Of a stretch of 64,000 nt of DNA, positions 1 through 9,459 are shown piece after piece. A model generated the notes under the pieces. It saw only the letters and a program-made list of their open reading frames with translations. It was not told the origin of the DNA and did not search any database. Numbering within the stretch: position 1 is the stretch's first letter; each line of letters opens with the position of its first letter. The stretch spans positions 13,983-77,982 of IMG/VR virus record IMGVR_UViG_3300005330_000016. One strand, 5' to 3'. A program made the position numbers and the translations under genes. Origin of the DNA: a virus. Taxonomy: Duplodnaviria; Caudoviricetes.

Positions 1-2183
1 ATGGCAATCACGACGCGCTTCTCGGTCGCGGTGCCCGGTACGGCGATCACTTGACCGACGCTTAGCTCAGTCAGAAACGCCGTAGACGTGCCGGCCAATG
101 TCGCACTGGTCGCCGTCTTGGCTACCGTGCCGGTCAGGCTTGCCGCCGACTCATAGTGCTGCTGGTCGGCGTCGTTGTCTTCGGTGTCCCATGTTATCGC
201 CGTAGCTGTAGCTGTCGTGATCGACTGGTTGCCGCTGAGCCTGAGCCGCGTGCCGGTGCCAACTGCCGAGCCACCACTTGCTAGCGGCTCGCCATAGACA
301 CGAACGGTAGTGCCCGCCGCAAAGTTACCCGCAGCCGGAGTGAACGACAGCGACGTAACGGCTACCTGGCTCGCCCACCAGCCCGCATATCCATCGAACT
401 GCGGCAGGTTAGAGATCAGATCGAAGCCCGTTGCCACCCACGTTTTGAAGCCGACAATCGCGGTGTAATTGTCGATGCGAAGTGATGTATTGGCGAAGAC
501 GTTTGCCGTGCCAGTGTTGGCAGGCATATTCAGGAGGACGTTGCCAGAATTTTGCCCCGTAGAAGACGTACCACCAGCAGCCGCACCATTGGCACGGATC
601 TGCTCAAAGTTGTAGTTTGCGCCTGAGTCGCCGTTTATCCGCATCGTTACCGCTGTGGACGTAGCCGCTGTATCACCTCTGGCGAATATCTCGACTCTTA
701 GATCGCGGTATGCCTGGCTCAGCGTGCCGGTGTTGATTGACGCAGCAGCAGCCGTCAACGTTGTCTCATACAACTGGTTGCTGGCAGGAGTAAGCAAGAC
801 ACCCGCCGTGTCCATCTCGCCGTATAGACAGGCATACGAGCCTACGTCGAAGCTACCAGTCCCAGGCGTGAGGGTGATGCTGTTGATCGCCGCCGTGCTG
901 CGCCAGTGACCTGTGCTTTCAATGTTGCGTAGGTTAGTGGTCGTTGCTGCGAGCCGGACCGTGCCGTTGCCGTGCGTGTCCTTGTTCTGCGTCGTGTCCG
1001 TATAACCGGGTATCCATAGTTCGAGCGTGCCCACATCGCCCGAAACCGACGTAGCAGCAGCGATGTCAGCAATCGGCATCGCCCCGACGCCTAGCGACTC
1101 AATCAGGTTTGAGAACGTCGTATTGTTCTGATTGATAATGCCGTCGTAGTTGTTGCCGGTATCGCCATTGAACTGAAGATCAACGCGAACCTGAGTAGCC
1201 GACGTTGTGCCCCTACCCCTGAGCACCAGCCGCAAGTTGCGGTAGCCGGTTTGCGGAATCTGCGTGAACGCAATCGTGCCTGCTGTTGCCGTGAGTGGGC
1301 CGACCACCTGAATCGGGGAGATCGCGCCAGATCCGCCGCCGCCACCAGAACCCCCACCGCTGGGCGCAGCCCACGTAGGGATCACTCCCGAGCCGCCACT
1401 GGTTAGCACCTGGCCGGCTGTGCTGCCCGCCGCTAGCCGCTGAGGAACACCGCTAGAGCCGCCGACAATCAGGTCACCCTGCGTCGTGGTAATGCCCAGC
1501 TTGTGAGCGTGGTCGCGCCGTGCCGTATATGCGCTGGTGCCGTCTGCGGCTGCTGAGCCAGTTACATCTACCGGGTCACCTTCTGAGTCAAGGAAGCCCT
1601 TGTGTGCGTGATCTCGCCGGGCAGAATAGGTGCTCGTGCCATCTGATGCCGTGCTGCCGGTCAGGTTGGCCGGGTCGCCCTCAGCATCGTTGAAGCCCTG
1701 GTGAACGTGATCGCGCCTAGCCGTAAACAGGCTAGTGCCGTCAGATGACGTACCGGCCAGATTCGCCGGGTTGCCCTCAGCATCACTGAATAGCGTTGGC
1801 GTTATGGTTGTGCTGGCGAAGGTGAGCGACGTGGTTTCAAGCGTGACAGCGCTCGACTGCGTATACATCCAGTACGTAGCAGCGTTTGCCGTGCCTTCAC
1901 GTACGTAGATCTGGAAGCCGTACACGAAGTCAGAAGCCGAATCGGCATCAGGCGTTCTGACCAGCAGCGTGCTCGAACCAGCCCAGGTATAGATCCCGTT
2001 CTGCGAAGTCGTGGACTGATTCTTGAGCAGAACGCGGTCGCCACTGCTGAGCGACACGCCGTCCATCGTTGAGCCGGGCGTAGCCAGGGTAACGTTAGCC
2101 GTAGATGCAGCACGGACAGGCTCTTTGATCCGCTTATCTTCGTGTAGCTCTATACCGGCTTGCGTTGAGTGTTGTACGCCCAT
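1..2183 (-). CDS. Tail fibre / receptor-binding protein (3' end truncated by window edge; absent from ORF track)
   Basis: Manual translation from ATG at 2183: MGVQHSTQAGIELHEDKRIKEPVRAASTANVTLATPG...DRVLLKNQSTTSQNGIYTW (common tail-fibre N-terminus), three DGTS..ARRDHxH repeats, a Gly-rich hinge, two 'YRxLR..RG..NGD.G.NY..LYG' beta modules and a C1q-like RLSGNQSITTATATAITWDTED segment; frame open to position 3. Confidence 0.8.
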   Translation of the reverse strand, partial: MGVQHSTQAGIELHEDKRIKEPVRAASTANVTLATPGSTMDGVSLSSGDRVLLKNQSTTSQNGIYTWAGSSTLLVRTPDADSASDFVYGFQIYVREGTANAATYWMYTQSSAVTLETTSLTFASTTITPTLFSDAEGNPANLAGTSSDGTSLFTARRDHVHQGFNDAEGDPANLTGSTASDGTSTYSARRDHAHKGFLDSEGDPVDVTGSAAADGTSAYTARRDHAHKLGITTTQGDLIVGGSSGVPQRLAAGSTAGQVLTSGGSGVIPTWAAPSGGGSGGGGGSGAISPIQVVGPLTATAGTIAFTQIPQTGYRNLRLVLRGRGTTSATQVRVDLQFNGDTGNNYDGIINQNNTTFSNLIESLGVGAMPIADIAAATSVSGDVGTLELWIPGYTDTTQNKDTHGNGTVRLAATTTNLRNIESTGHWRSTAAINSITLTPGTGSFDVGSYACLYGEMDTAGVLLTPASNQLYETTLTAAAASINTGTLSQAYRDLRVEIFARGDTAATSTAVTMRINGDSGANYNFEQIRANGAAAGGTSSTGQNSGNVLLNMPANTGTANVFANTSLRIDNYTAIVGFKTWVATGFDLISNLPQFDGYAGWWASQVAVTSLSFTPAAGNFAAGTTVRVYGEPLASGGSAVGTGTRLRLSGNQSITTATATAITWDTEDNDADQQHYESAASLTGTVAKTATSATLAGTSTAFLTELSVGQVIAVPGTATEKRVVIA

Positions 2184-2184
2184 C

Positions 2185-2799
2185 CTACCCTCTAACTACG
2201 ATTGATCTGCCGGAGCTATCGACCAGCGTGTCGCCAAAAGAATCCGTCACGGTAGTCTCGCCAACACCAAGAACGCCCAGCCGTTTCAACGTAAGCGTAA
2301 GCGTGACCACCGTCACGCCTCCTGAAACCGTTGATAGGGCGAATGCCAACACGTCAGCAGGCTGTAGATCAGTGATCCAACCGTTGACATCTATGATGGC
2401 TTCAGCTTGGGCTATAAGAGCCGGGCGGCTCGTGTAGATAGGCGTAGCACCACCTGCCCATAACCCAACGTGAGACAGTCGTATATCGACACTAGCCGAT
2501 GCGTTGATCGGCTCTAGACGCAGACTACCGGGATTCCATATGCCCGCTGCTATATGACAGCCGGTGATGCGCCACGCGCCAAATGGGATCTGCGGAATGC
2601 TGCCCTGGCCTACCGTCAGGGCGCGCCCGGCCCCATCGAAGTTAGCCACAACCGCACCCATCTGAGCGTCAGGCTCATCTTGCTGCTGGCGAGCCTTCAT
2701 AATGGCCGAGCGCCACATGGCAACTAGCTCAGGCTTGGGCTGCGCGCCGAAGCCTGACTCTCGCGTGAACGGATTGTTGCCGGGGCTAAACGAACTCAT
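2185..2799 (-). CDS. Putative tail tip / baseplate-associated protein
   Basis: Position between hub and tail fibre, GTGA/ATGA-style coupling; no recognised motif. Confidence 0.5.
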   Translation of the reverse strand: MSSFSPGNNPFTRESGFGAQPKPELVAMWRSAIMKARQQQDEPDAQMGAVVANFDGAGRALTVGQGSIPQIPFGAWRITGCHIAAGIWNPGSLRLEPINASASVDIRLSHVGLWAGGATPIYTSRPALIAQAEAIIDVNGWITDLQPADVLAFALSTVSGGVTVVTLTLTLKRLGVLGVGETTVTDSFGDTLVDSSGRSIVVRG

Positions 2800-3869
2800 C
2801 CGCCGCCACCGATGTACTGGATGCTTTGAGTGACCGAGCCGCTCTGAGCAAACGTCTTGTCAACACGCTGCACCCACAGCCGCTCAGTCAAGCCGAGCCT
2901 GGTCGCATTGGCTATCTCGTGGATCTGCCCAGGCCCGATGTTGTCGTTGCGCGGTGTCGTCATGGTCAGCTTGATAAGCTCGCGGTTCAACTCGCCAAGC
3001 CAGTAGCCCGCCATCGCTTGACATGAGATGCCCTGGCCCGGCGATGAGTTAGCTCTGCGCTCGATCATCGGGCTGTCGAAGCTATAAACCTGCGTCCCGG
3101 TAACTACGTCGGCTGAGCCTTCTTCGTACCAGACTCGCGGGTCGGCAAAGTCACCCACGGCATAACCGGTCACCCGAACAGCGTTGAACGCCTCTTGGAC
3201 GCTACGAGTGTTCTGGCCTTCACTGATGTCTTCGCCTTCGGTAAACGCCATATCCGTACCGCCCGATGGCACAGACGAAACTTGCGAGCGGAAGATACTG
3301 CCGCCAGTTGACTCAAACAGCCGGTAGCCGACCGAGATTGCGTCAATCCTCTGGATGTAAGCCAGCGCTGATTCGTTGCTGCGCCAGGCAAACTCTTCGG
3401 GCGCAATCGTGCCCATCGTCGTGCCGGTCCCGCCGATACTGCCGCCGTTTAGACCAAGCCCAACCATGCCGATTACAGCGCTCACGATGGCTTCATCCGT
3501 AGCAGGCCCGCCGGTTATATCCTCCAGCAGCAAGCCCTTATCGGCGTTGGTCGAAGCTATATCCGTACCAGTGATCTTGTACTGGTCTAGCAGGAACATC
3601 CGCCCTCTACAGTTGAGCGTCGTAGAGCGCGGATACAGGTTGTATTGAACCTGGGTGAGCAGCCCGCTAAACCACTGATGAGAGTCGCCACCCGCGTCTA
3701 CAGTGATGTCTACCGTGTCGTAGTAGGTTGCGCTGGGTGGTGGACCAGCAACGGTAACCGTAGCCGTGCCATAACTCATGTCATAACCAAGGCTCACCGT
3801 GGCAGAGATCGGCTGCTGAACCTGCGTGCCGCCTACCGTCACATTCAGATCCGCGATTCGGACAACCAT
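2796..3869 (-). CDS. Baseplate hub / tail protein (Mu gp44 / late control D-like)
   Basis: 357 aa after Dit-like gene; hub-like pattern (WFSGLLTQVQYNL, LNCRGRMFLL, AFTEGEDI, NAVRVTGY, TTPRNDNIGPGQ). Confidence 0.65.
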   Translation of the reverse strand: MVVRIADLNVTVGGTQVQQPISATVSLGYDMSYGTATVTVAGPPPSATYYDTVDITVDAGGDSHQWFSGLLTQVQYNLYPRSTTLNCRGRMFLLDQYKITGTDIASTNADKGLLLEDITGGPATDEAIVSAVIGMVGLGLNGGSIGGTGTTMGTIAPEEFAWRSNESALAYIQRIDAISVGYRLFESTGGSIFRSQVSSVPSGGTDMAFTEGEDISEGQNTRSVQEAFNAVRVTGYAVGDFADPRVWYEEGSADVVTGTQVYSFDSPMIERRANSSPGQGISCQAMAGYWLGELNRELIKLTMTTPRNDNIGPGQIHEIANATRLGLTERLWVQRVDKTFAQSGSVTQSIQYIGGGG

Positions 3870-4198
3870 CAGGCGTTGGTGATCAAGAACGTAGCCGTGC
3901 CGGTCACCGTGCCGTCAAGCTCAGGGGCAGGGCGAGAAACGGTCATCAGCACAGCCGTATGGGTGTCCAGCGTTTCGATGCTGAGCGTTTGCTCTTGCCC
4001 AATCATCCCGTTGAGACTGCCCCACACCGACGCGTTGTCCATGACGATGTTGACGTTCAGTTTCAACGGACTTCTGCCGGCCAGGTCAACGTAGAAGTTG
4101 TCACCACCGGGGATCTCGGTCACCGCTACTCGCGCCTCACGCGACTCCTGAAAGCTATCAAGGATCACCGTGAACGCAACCCCGCCGAAGGTAGCCAT
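3869..4198 (-). CDS. Distal tail (Dit)-like / DNA-circularisation N-terminal-like tail protein
   Basis: MATFGGVAFTV...VTEIPGGDNFYVDLAGRSP pattern directly after the tape measure. Confidence 0.55.
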   Translation of the reverse strand: MATFGGVAFTVILDSFQESREARVAVTEIPGGDNFYVDLAGRSPLKLNVNIVMDNASVWGSLNGMIGQEQTLSIETLDTHTAVLMTVSRPAPELDGTVTGTATFLITNA

Positions 4199-6733
4199 CT
4201 ACTGAGGCACTCCCGCCCCAAAGAGCGGTTGACCAGGCAACTGCGAGATCGGCGGCACATCGGTCAGCTTCTCGGACGTAACCATCGCAGCCGTCACTGC
4301 GTCTAGCATTTGCGTTTGCATCTGATCAAGCATCGCCTGATCGAACACGGCGGGGTTGTTGATGTTGACGATGACCGGCTGCTGTGGAATCGGTGAAACG
4401 CCCGTTTGAGTGCCAATGCCAAACGCTGCATCTGTTGGCACAGCCGTGCCCGTTGTTGACGTGAGGAAGTCGCTGAGCGTCGGCCCGAAATCAAGCTGGC
4501 CCTGAGCCACTCTGATGCCCGTTGTCGGAACACCCAGCACGCCCAGCGCATCCGTGTTGACGCCGTTTACCTGCGCTTGAATCTGCTTTTGTAGATCCGG
4601 GAAGCCGGCTTGGAATTGCTTGACGAAATCCTCGCCAGCGTCCAGCAATGGCGACGGCGGGCTGGTTGCCTGCCCCTTCTTCGCGTTATCTATGATCGAC
4701 TGAAGCGAATCAGCCTCAGACTGGAATGCAGCCCTGGTCTGTGGCGTGAACCCCTGGAAGTTAGCGAATGCCTGGTCAAGATTCTTGATGAGTTCAAGAA
4801 CCGGCACGACCTTTTCTTGAATGCCATTCCAGTTGGAATCCCACGCCCGCCGAAATATGGCGACGGCCACAATTACACCGGCGATGGCAAGGATCAAACC
4901 CACGGCAGGAGCGGCAGCAATCACCCAGCCAGCCGCAACCTTGACGGCTTGCAGGATCCACGTTGTGGCGAACGCCGCAAATTTCACAACCAATCCGCCG
5001 AGTGCGTTGCCAAGAACGGCGGCCATGATCACTGCGGCTGCGCCAACAATTACCACTGCCGCCCGAAGAGCGCCGCTCAGATCGCCGTTCAGTAACCTTA
5101 TGATCGTCTCAACAGCCCCGCCTACGGTGTCTCTAATGTTGTTCCAATTGGTTGCCCATGCAACGGCAAGAACGCCAACAGCGGCAGCAATCAAGATCAG
5201 CGGGCTAAACAGCGAGCCTAGAACAATCACGAACAAGCCGACCGCAAACAAGACCGGCCCGAGAACGGCGGCCAGGGCAGCGAACAACAAGATGTTCCTG
5301 CGCAGCGCTGGATCTAGCTCCAAGAACTTGTCTCGTACCGAAAGCGCTACGGGAATTACCTTCGTTTCCATGAACGCGATGGCATCACGCGCCGAAGTCT
5401 CGAAGGCCGGCCACGCCTGGATAGCGATAGCTTGCAGCGTATTCTTCAGCCTGAGAAGCGTCTGAATCACCGTGCCCTGCTTCTTTGCCGTTCCCTCAGC
5501 TAGCGCGGTGTTGTCTGCCCAGGCTTTGTTGGCCGCGTTCATCGACTTGTCGAACTCGTCAGCGCCAGTTGCCAGGCCGATAAGCACGCGAGTCAATCGG
5601 GCGTCGTTGATGCCTGCCGCATCGAGAGCTTCTACGATGCGCTCTGGCCCGCCCGCACCTTGCTGGATTCGGTTCAAGCCGTGGATAACTGCCTGGAACG
5701 CCGCGCCCGGATCGGTCTTGACCATCTCCTTGAACTGGTCGGCAGTGACGCCCGAGATGTCAGCGAACGCTTTCAGCTTGTCACTGCCGCCGCCGATCTC
5801 ACCTTGAAGCTTGCTCTGCGCCTCTTGGGTCTGACCAATCTCACGCTTGTACTTGTCGATCTGCGCAGCGTTTGCGCTGATCGCGCTCGCAGGCGTGTTG
5901 CGCCCAAAGGCACGCTGCCGCTCAGTCGCGGCCTGTAGTGACGAGCCAAGATCGGTCAGCTTGTCCGAATACTCTTGAAGCTTCGACTTCTGCTCGTCTG
6001 TCGTTTGTCCAGTATTGGCAACAGCCGCCGTGATCTGCAACAGGATGCGCTGAATCGCGGTACCGCCAGCTTCAGGCTCAACGCCAATAGCGCCGATGGC
6101 ACCCGAGATGCCCAAGATCTGTTGCTTGGTCAGGCCCAAGGCCGTCGCCGCGCCGGCGATTCTCTGCGTTACGTCAATGATCTGCTGTACGCCACCGTTT
6201 AGCTTGTTGCCCAGGTCGGTGATCGTTGAACCCAAGTTCGAGAACTCAGCCGCCGATGTATGCGTTAGCGTGGCGATGATACCCAACGCCTCACCGGCTT
6301 GGCCCGGATCAAGGCCGGTGTTACCTGACAACTGGGCTACGACCGCGACGAATTTGGACAGGTCTGTAGCCGCGATGCCCATCTGAGCACCAGCGGTGGC
6401 GATGTCCGTCAGCTTGCCGGGATCAAGACCGCCAGCCTGCTGCGTCTTGGCAAGCTCTAGCAGTTGGTTGTTTAGATCGGCTAGTTCCTGGGGAGTACCC
6501 TGAGCCGCACGCGCTACGTTGGCGAACTGGTTCTCGAACTCTGCGCCAAAGAACGCGACCGCGCCCACGGAAGCCAGGATCGGAGCAGTCAAGCCCTGCG
6601 TCAGGTTGGTGCCTGAGCGCTGGATGGACTGGCCGGCCTTGGTGATGGCGGCACTAACCGAGTTCAGCCCGGTAATAGCGCCGGTGACATCCGCGCCAAC
6701 GGTTACGAATAGTTCGGCAACAGGTACAGGAAT
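4199..6733 (-). CDS. Tape measure protein (TP901 family); start probably ATT at 6733, track start 6592 is internal
   Basis: Ala/Gly-rich TP901 core (FENQFANVARA, AGAQMGIA, EAGGTAIQRIL), hydrophobic segments; typical N-terminal VAELFVTVGAD lies in frame upstream of 6592. Confidence 0.9.
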   Translation of the reverse strand: MPVPVAELFVTVGADVTGAITGLNSVSAAITKAGQSIQRSGTNLTQGLTAPILASVGAVAFFGAEFENQFANVARAAQGTPQELADLNNQLLELAKTQQAGGLDPGKLTDIATAGAQMGIAATDLSKFVAVVAQLSGNTGLDPGQAGEALGIIATLTHTSAAEFSNLGSTITDLGNKLNGGVQQIIDVTQRIAGAATALGLTKQQILGISGAIGAIGVEPEAGGTAIQRILLQITAAVANTGQTTDEQKSKLQEYSDKLTDLGSSLQAATERQRAFGRNTPASAISANAAQIDKYKREIGQTQEAQSKLQGEIGGGSDKLKAFADISGVTADQFKEMVKTDPGAAFQAVIHGLNRIQQGAGGPERIVEALDAAGINDARLTRVLIGLATGADEFDKSMNAANKAWADNTALAEGTAKKQGTVIQTLLRLKNTLQAIAIQAWPAFETSARDAIAFMETKVIPVALSVRDKFLELDPALRRNILLFAALAAVLGPVLFAVGLFVIVLGSLFSPLILIAAAVGVLAVAWATNWNNIRDTVGGAVETIIRLLNGDLSGALRAAVVIVGAAAVIMAAVLGNALGGLVVKFAAFATTWILQAVKVAAGWVIAAAPAVGLILAIAGVIVAVAIFRRAWDSNWNGIQEKVVPVLELIKNLDQAFANFQGFTPQTRAAFQSEADSLQSIIDNAKKGQATSPPSPLLDAGEDFVKQFQAGFPDLQKQIQAQVNGVNTDALGVLGVPTTGIRVAQGQLDFGPTLSDFLTSTTGTAVPTDAAFGIGTQTGVSPIPQQPVIVNINNPAVFDQAMLDQMQTQMLDAVTAAMVTSEKLTDVPPISQLPGQPLFGAGVPQ

Positions 6734-6739
6734 GGTCGG

Positions 6740-6925
6740 CTAGCCTCCGCGTGCCTGAGACATCGCACGACGATGCCCTTCGGCTTGTTTCATCTGCCGA
6801 CGTTGCTCGTACTGCTCTAGCTGGAAGAACGCGATCCAGTGCGCGAACTCAGACCCGCTCATAGAGTGGACAAGCTGCGCCCTGGTCATGCGTAGTTCAC
6901 GAGCCAACATGTACTCAAACCTCAA
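6740..6925 (-). CDS. Tail assembly chaperone, downstream (gpT-like) part
   Basis: LRFEYMLARELRMTRAQL..MSGSEFAHWIAFF pattern; overlaps end of upstream chaperone in another frame. Confidence 0.7.
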   Translation of the reverse strand: MRFEYMLARELRMTRAQLVHSMSGSEFAHWIAFFQLEQYEQRRQMKQAEGHRRAMSQARGG

Positions 6926-7307
6926 CGTCTGATCCGTCCTCAGCGCTTTTGGTGGCGTCCTTCACCGACTCATCCGATAGCCCGGATGCACTCATAATCT
7001 CGCGCATAAGCATCGCCATGACGGCCATGCTTTTCTGTTGGAGCTTCTCGTAGTCGTCCAGCGAGAACTTGGGCTGCACGATGCTTTCCGTGAAGAGCAT
7101 GGCTTCGAGCATGTCGTTGTCGATCAGGTCTTGCTTGGTGACCCGATCCTTGTACGTCGCCTTCTTGCGCAGCTTGCCGGCCTGCTCCTGCGTCAGCGAA
7201 CGAATAACCACGGCCCCGCCCCACTGAGGGACCGGGACCGTGATCTCTTGGATGTCGTTGACGGCAAATATCTCGTCTGCCGACAGGATGCGAAGGTTGT
7301 TATCCAT
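6915..7307 (-). CDS. Tail assembly chaperone (gpG-like)
   Basis: ILSADEIFAVNDI..VPVPQWGGAVVIRSLT pattern, between tail tube and tape measure. Confidence 0.75.
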   Translation of the reverse strand: MDNNLRILSADEIFAVNDIQEITVPVPQWGGAVVIRSLTQEQAGKLRKKATYKDRVTKQDLIDNDMLEAMLFTESIVQPKFSLDDYEKLQQKSMAVMAMLMREIMSASGLSDESVKDATKSAEDGSDVEV

Positions 7308-7343
7308 GTGCCTACCTTTGAGGGAGATGGGTTAGCTGACGCT

Positions 7344-7739
7344 CTAAGCGTCGGTAACGGTGCCTACGACTGCAACCTCAGCGGTCCACGTTGCCGTGTC
7401 GTCACCGGGAGTGTCTACCTCATAACTTGACAGGTAACCACTACCGCTGAGCGTTCTAGTGCCGCCGCCTGAGCCGGCTGGTCGGTAGGCGAATGCCTGC
7501 AAGGCCGGCGTGGCTGCGAGCATCATGCCCGACAGGATGGCGTCAACCGCTGGGTCATAGCCGCCTTCAAGGCTGATCGTGGTCGCGTATGGGCCGACAA
7601 GCGTAGAGACGGCTGAGCCGCCGATTGGCTTGATGTCGTTGGTGTCACGCTGAATCGACAGCTTGACCGATGTGACGTATGCGCTGATGTCGCTACCGCC
7701 AAGGCTAAAAGTAGCGATATTGCCGCTATTGAATGGCAT
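7344..7739 (-). CDS. Major tail (tube) protein
   Basis: 131 aa, DISAYVTSVKL...GSGYLSSYEVDTPGDDTATWTAE siphovirus tube pattern; position. Confidence 0.75.
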   Translation of the reverse strand: MPFNSGNIATFSLGGSDISAYVTSVKLSIQRDTNDIKPIGGSAVSTLVGPYATTISLEGGYDPAVDAILSGMMLAATPALQAFAYRPAGSGGGTRTLSGSGYLSSYEVDTPGDDTATWTAEVAVVGTVTDA

Positions 7740-7983
7740 CCGAATTCCCTTCGTCTGAGGCTTGAGCGAGCGGGGAATCCGGTGGCTCAGTGATAGGTTG
7801 ACCGATGGTGCGAATGCTGCTGTGCGGCAATCGCCACTTGACTTCGATAGCGCGTACCACGATGTTCAGGCCGCGCAGAACAGCCGCCCAAAACGGATCA
7901 TTTGCCCGTTCAGCGTCAATGGCGTGAGTGACGATAGACAGCCCACGGCGCACACGGATCCAGAACTCGCGCTCGTCGTTCAT
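7726..7983 (-). CDS. Hypothetical protein with internal duplicated motif (start ATG 7983)
   Basis: ATGA overlap with the upstream stop; FWIRVRRGLSIVTHAI / FWAAVLRGLNIVVRAI repeat. Confidence 0.55.
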   Translation of the reverse strand: MNDEREFWIRVRRGLSIVTHAIDAERANDPFWAAVLRGLNIVVRAIEVKWRLPHSSIRTIGQPITEPPDSPLAQASDEGNSDAIQ

Positions 7984-8408
7984 GTGCTTGGCTGGTACCT
8001 GATGCGATAGAAGCCGCCCAGGTAGACCGTAGGTACGCCTGATTCCATGTCTTTGCGCTGGTGCGGCTGCTCGCGCGTGCAAGAAGCGATACGAATGTCT
8101 CGAACGACTATGCCGTTATCGGGGATCTGGCTCAGCAGCGTGTCGATGCCGTCAGCAACTTCTTCAACGCTGTTGAACGACGAACCGCGCCCCACTGCCC
8201 TGATCAGATAGATGGCATTAGTGAACCGACTGCGAAAAGTCAGCACCTTGTCAGCCCCGCCCAGGAACGAGAACAGAATCAGTGGGAACGTCGCGCCTTG
8301 CGGTGCCATGTCGCCATAGATCCGCCCGCCGACCAGCGTGTTGAGCGTGGCGTTGCTACTCAACGTGGAGTAGATCCACTGGTCGATACGGGTTACGTCT
8401 GCGCTCAT
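7980..8408 (-). CDS. Tail terminator / completion protein (DUF3168-like)
   Basis: LSSNATLNTLVGGRIYGDMAPQGATFPLI motif; position. Confidence 0.75.
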   Translation of the reverse strand: MSADVTRIDQWIYSTLSSNATLNTLVGGRIYGDMAPQGATFPLILFSFLGGADKVLTFRSRFTNAIYLIRAVGRGSSFNSVEEVADGIDTLLSQIPDNGIVVRDIRIASCTREQPHQRKDMESGVPTVYLGGFYRIRYQPST

Positions 8409-8884
8409 AGGTTGGCGATACCGTCGCTCATCTTCTTGCTTAGTTCATCGCCCATCGACTCAGCCGCAGGCCGCATAAACGACTGTGGCGGCTGAAACAC
8501 GGTGCCTTCTTCTTGGAATAGACCGTAGTGCGCGGCCACGCCGATCACCGTGACGTAGACATTCGGCCCACTGGTGCTACCTTGCAGGCTGATGACGAAC
8601 TCGGGATCAAGTTCGTCCAATGCCTGCATCTCGGGTCGCAGGTTGCCGGCGATAGCTACCCTGGTTGTGTAGTCGCTGCTGTCACCGTTGTTGATGTAGA
8701 TGCTGTTACGCAAAGCCCCGGTGTCAACCGGAGCTAGCTGGAATGCCATCGTTTGCAGGTCTACGGCTGTGTCGTCAACGGCTTGCTTTGCGTTCGCAAG
8801 GATCGCGGCAATTACAGCGCCAGTGCGGTCGCCTTTGACGGTGACCTTGACGCTGATGTTGCCTACGTTGCGAACAGGGGGCAT
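8405..8884 (-). CDS. HK97 gp10-like neck protein
   Basis: APVDTGALRNSI, AHYGLFQEEGT, PQSFMRPA motifs. Confidence 0.85.
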   Translation of the reverse strand: MPPVRNVGNISVKVTVKGDRTGAVIAAILANAKQAVDDTAVDLQTMAFQLAPVDTGALRNSIYINNGDSSDYTTRVAIAGNLRPEMQALDELDPEFVISLQGSTSGPNVYVTVIGVAAHYGLFQEEGTVFQPPQSFMRPAAESMGDELSKKMSDGIANL

Positions 8885-8888
8885 GTTG

Positions 8889-9248
8889 CTAAGAAGTGCC
8901 CATCGTGATCACGCGAGCCGTGATGGACGTGCCGCTCGTCCAGTCAACCTGTACGGTGCTGGTACCGCTGTTGAACAGCGTGGTGTCGAACGGACCGCAT
9001 ACCTTGGTAGCCGACGCCGCAATAGCCACGGCCAGGTCTGAGATGGCATAAGCCGTGCTGCCGACGCTGTACGTGCCATTGGTAATGAAGGTCGCCGTGA
9101 TTGCTGACGCCGAGCCATTGGTGATCTCGATGAGAGCACGCCCGGCGTTGGCAAACTCGTTGCCGTTCGCGGCGTCTACCGCACCCGGCGCAGACAGCAC
9201 GCTGCCCGAAGCTGAGCTAAGAACTGGGGTGAGTGGTGCGCGAGCCAT
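8889..9248 (-). CDS. Putative small beta-rich virion protein
   Basis: Ser/Thr/Ala-rich beta pattern (IEITNGSASAIT, VCGPFD) in neck region. Confidence 0.5.
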   Translation of the reverse strand: MARAPLTPVLSSASGSVLSAPGAVDAANGNEFANAGRALIEITNGSASAITATFITNGTYSVGSTAYAISDLAVAIAASATKVCGPFDTTLFNSGTSTVQVDWTSGTSITARVITMGTS

Positions 9249-9451
9249 TATTCAGCCTTCTCTGGAACGGCGTCCGGCGAGAGCGTGCTGTGCCGGGTAA
9301 CCCCGCCGCACGTTGGGCAGATCGCGAAGTCTTGGTAGCGTTCGCACGCCTTGCAGAGCCAGTCTTCGGTCGTCGGCTCTTCCGCTGGGGCTGTGCCGCA
9401 GTGGCGGCATCTCGTGACGCCATCGTCGGCGTCTGCTCGTTTAGCAGGCAT
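9248..9451 (-). CDS. Small Zn-ribbon protein
   Basis: CRHC, CKAC, CPTC motifs; GGAGG RBS. Confidence 0.6.
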   Translation of the reverse strand: MPAKRADADDGVTRCRHCGTAPAEEPTTEDWLCKACERYQDFAICPTCGGVTRHSTLSPDAVPEKAE

Positions 9452-9459
9452 CTGAATCC

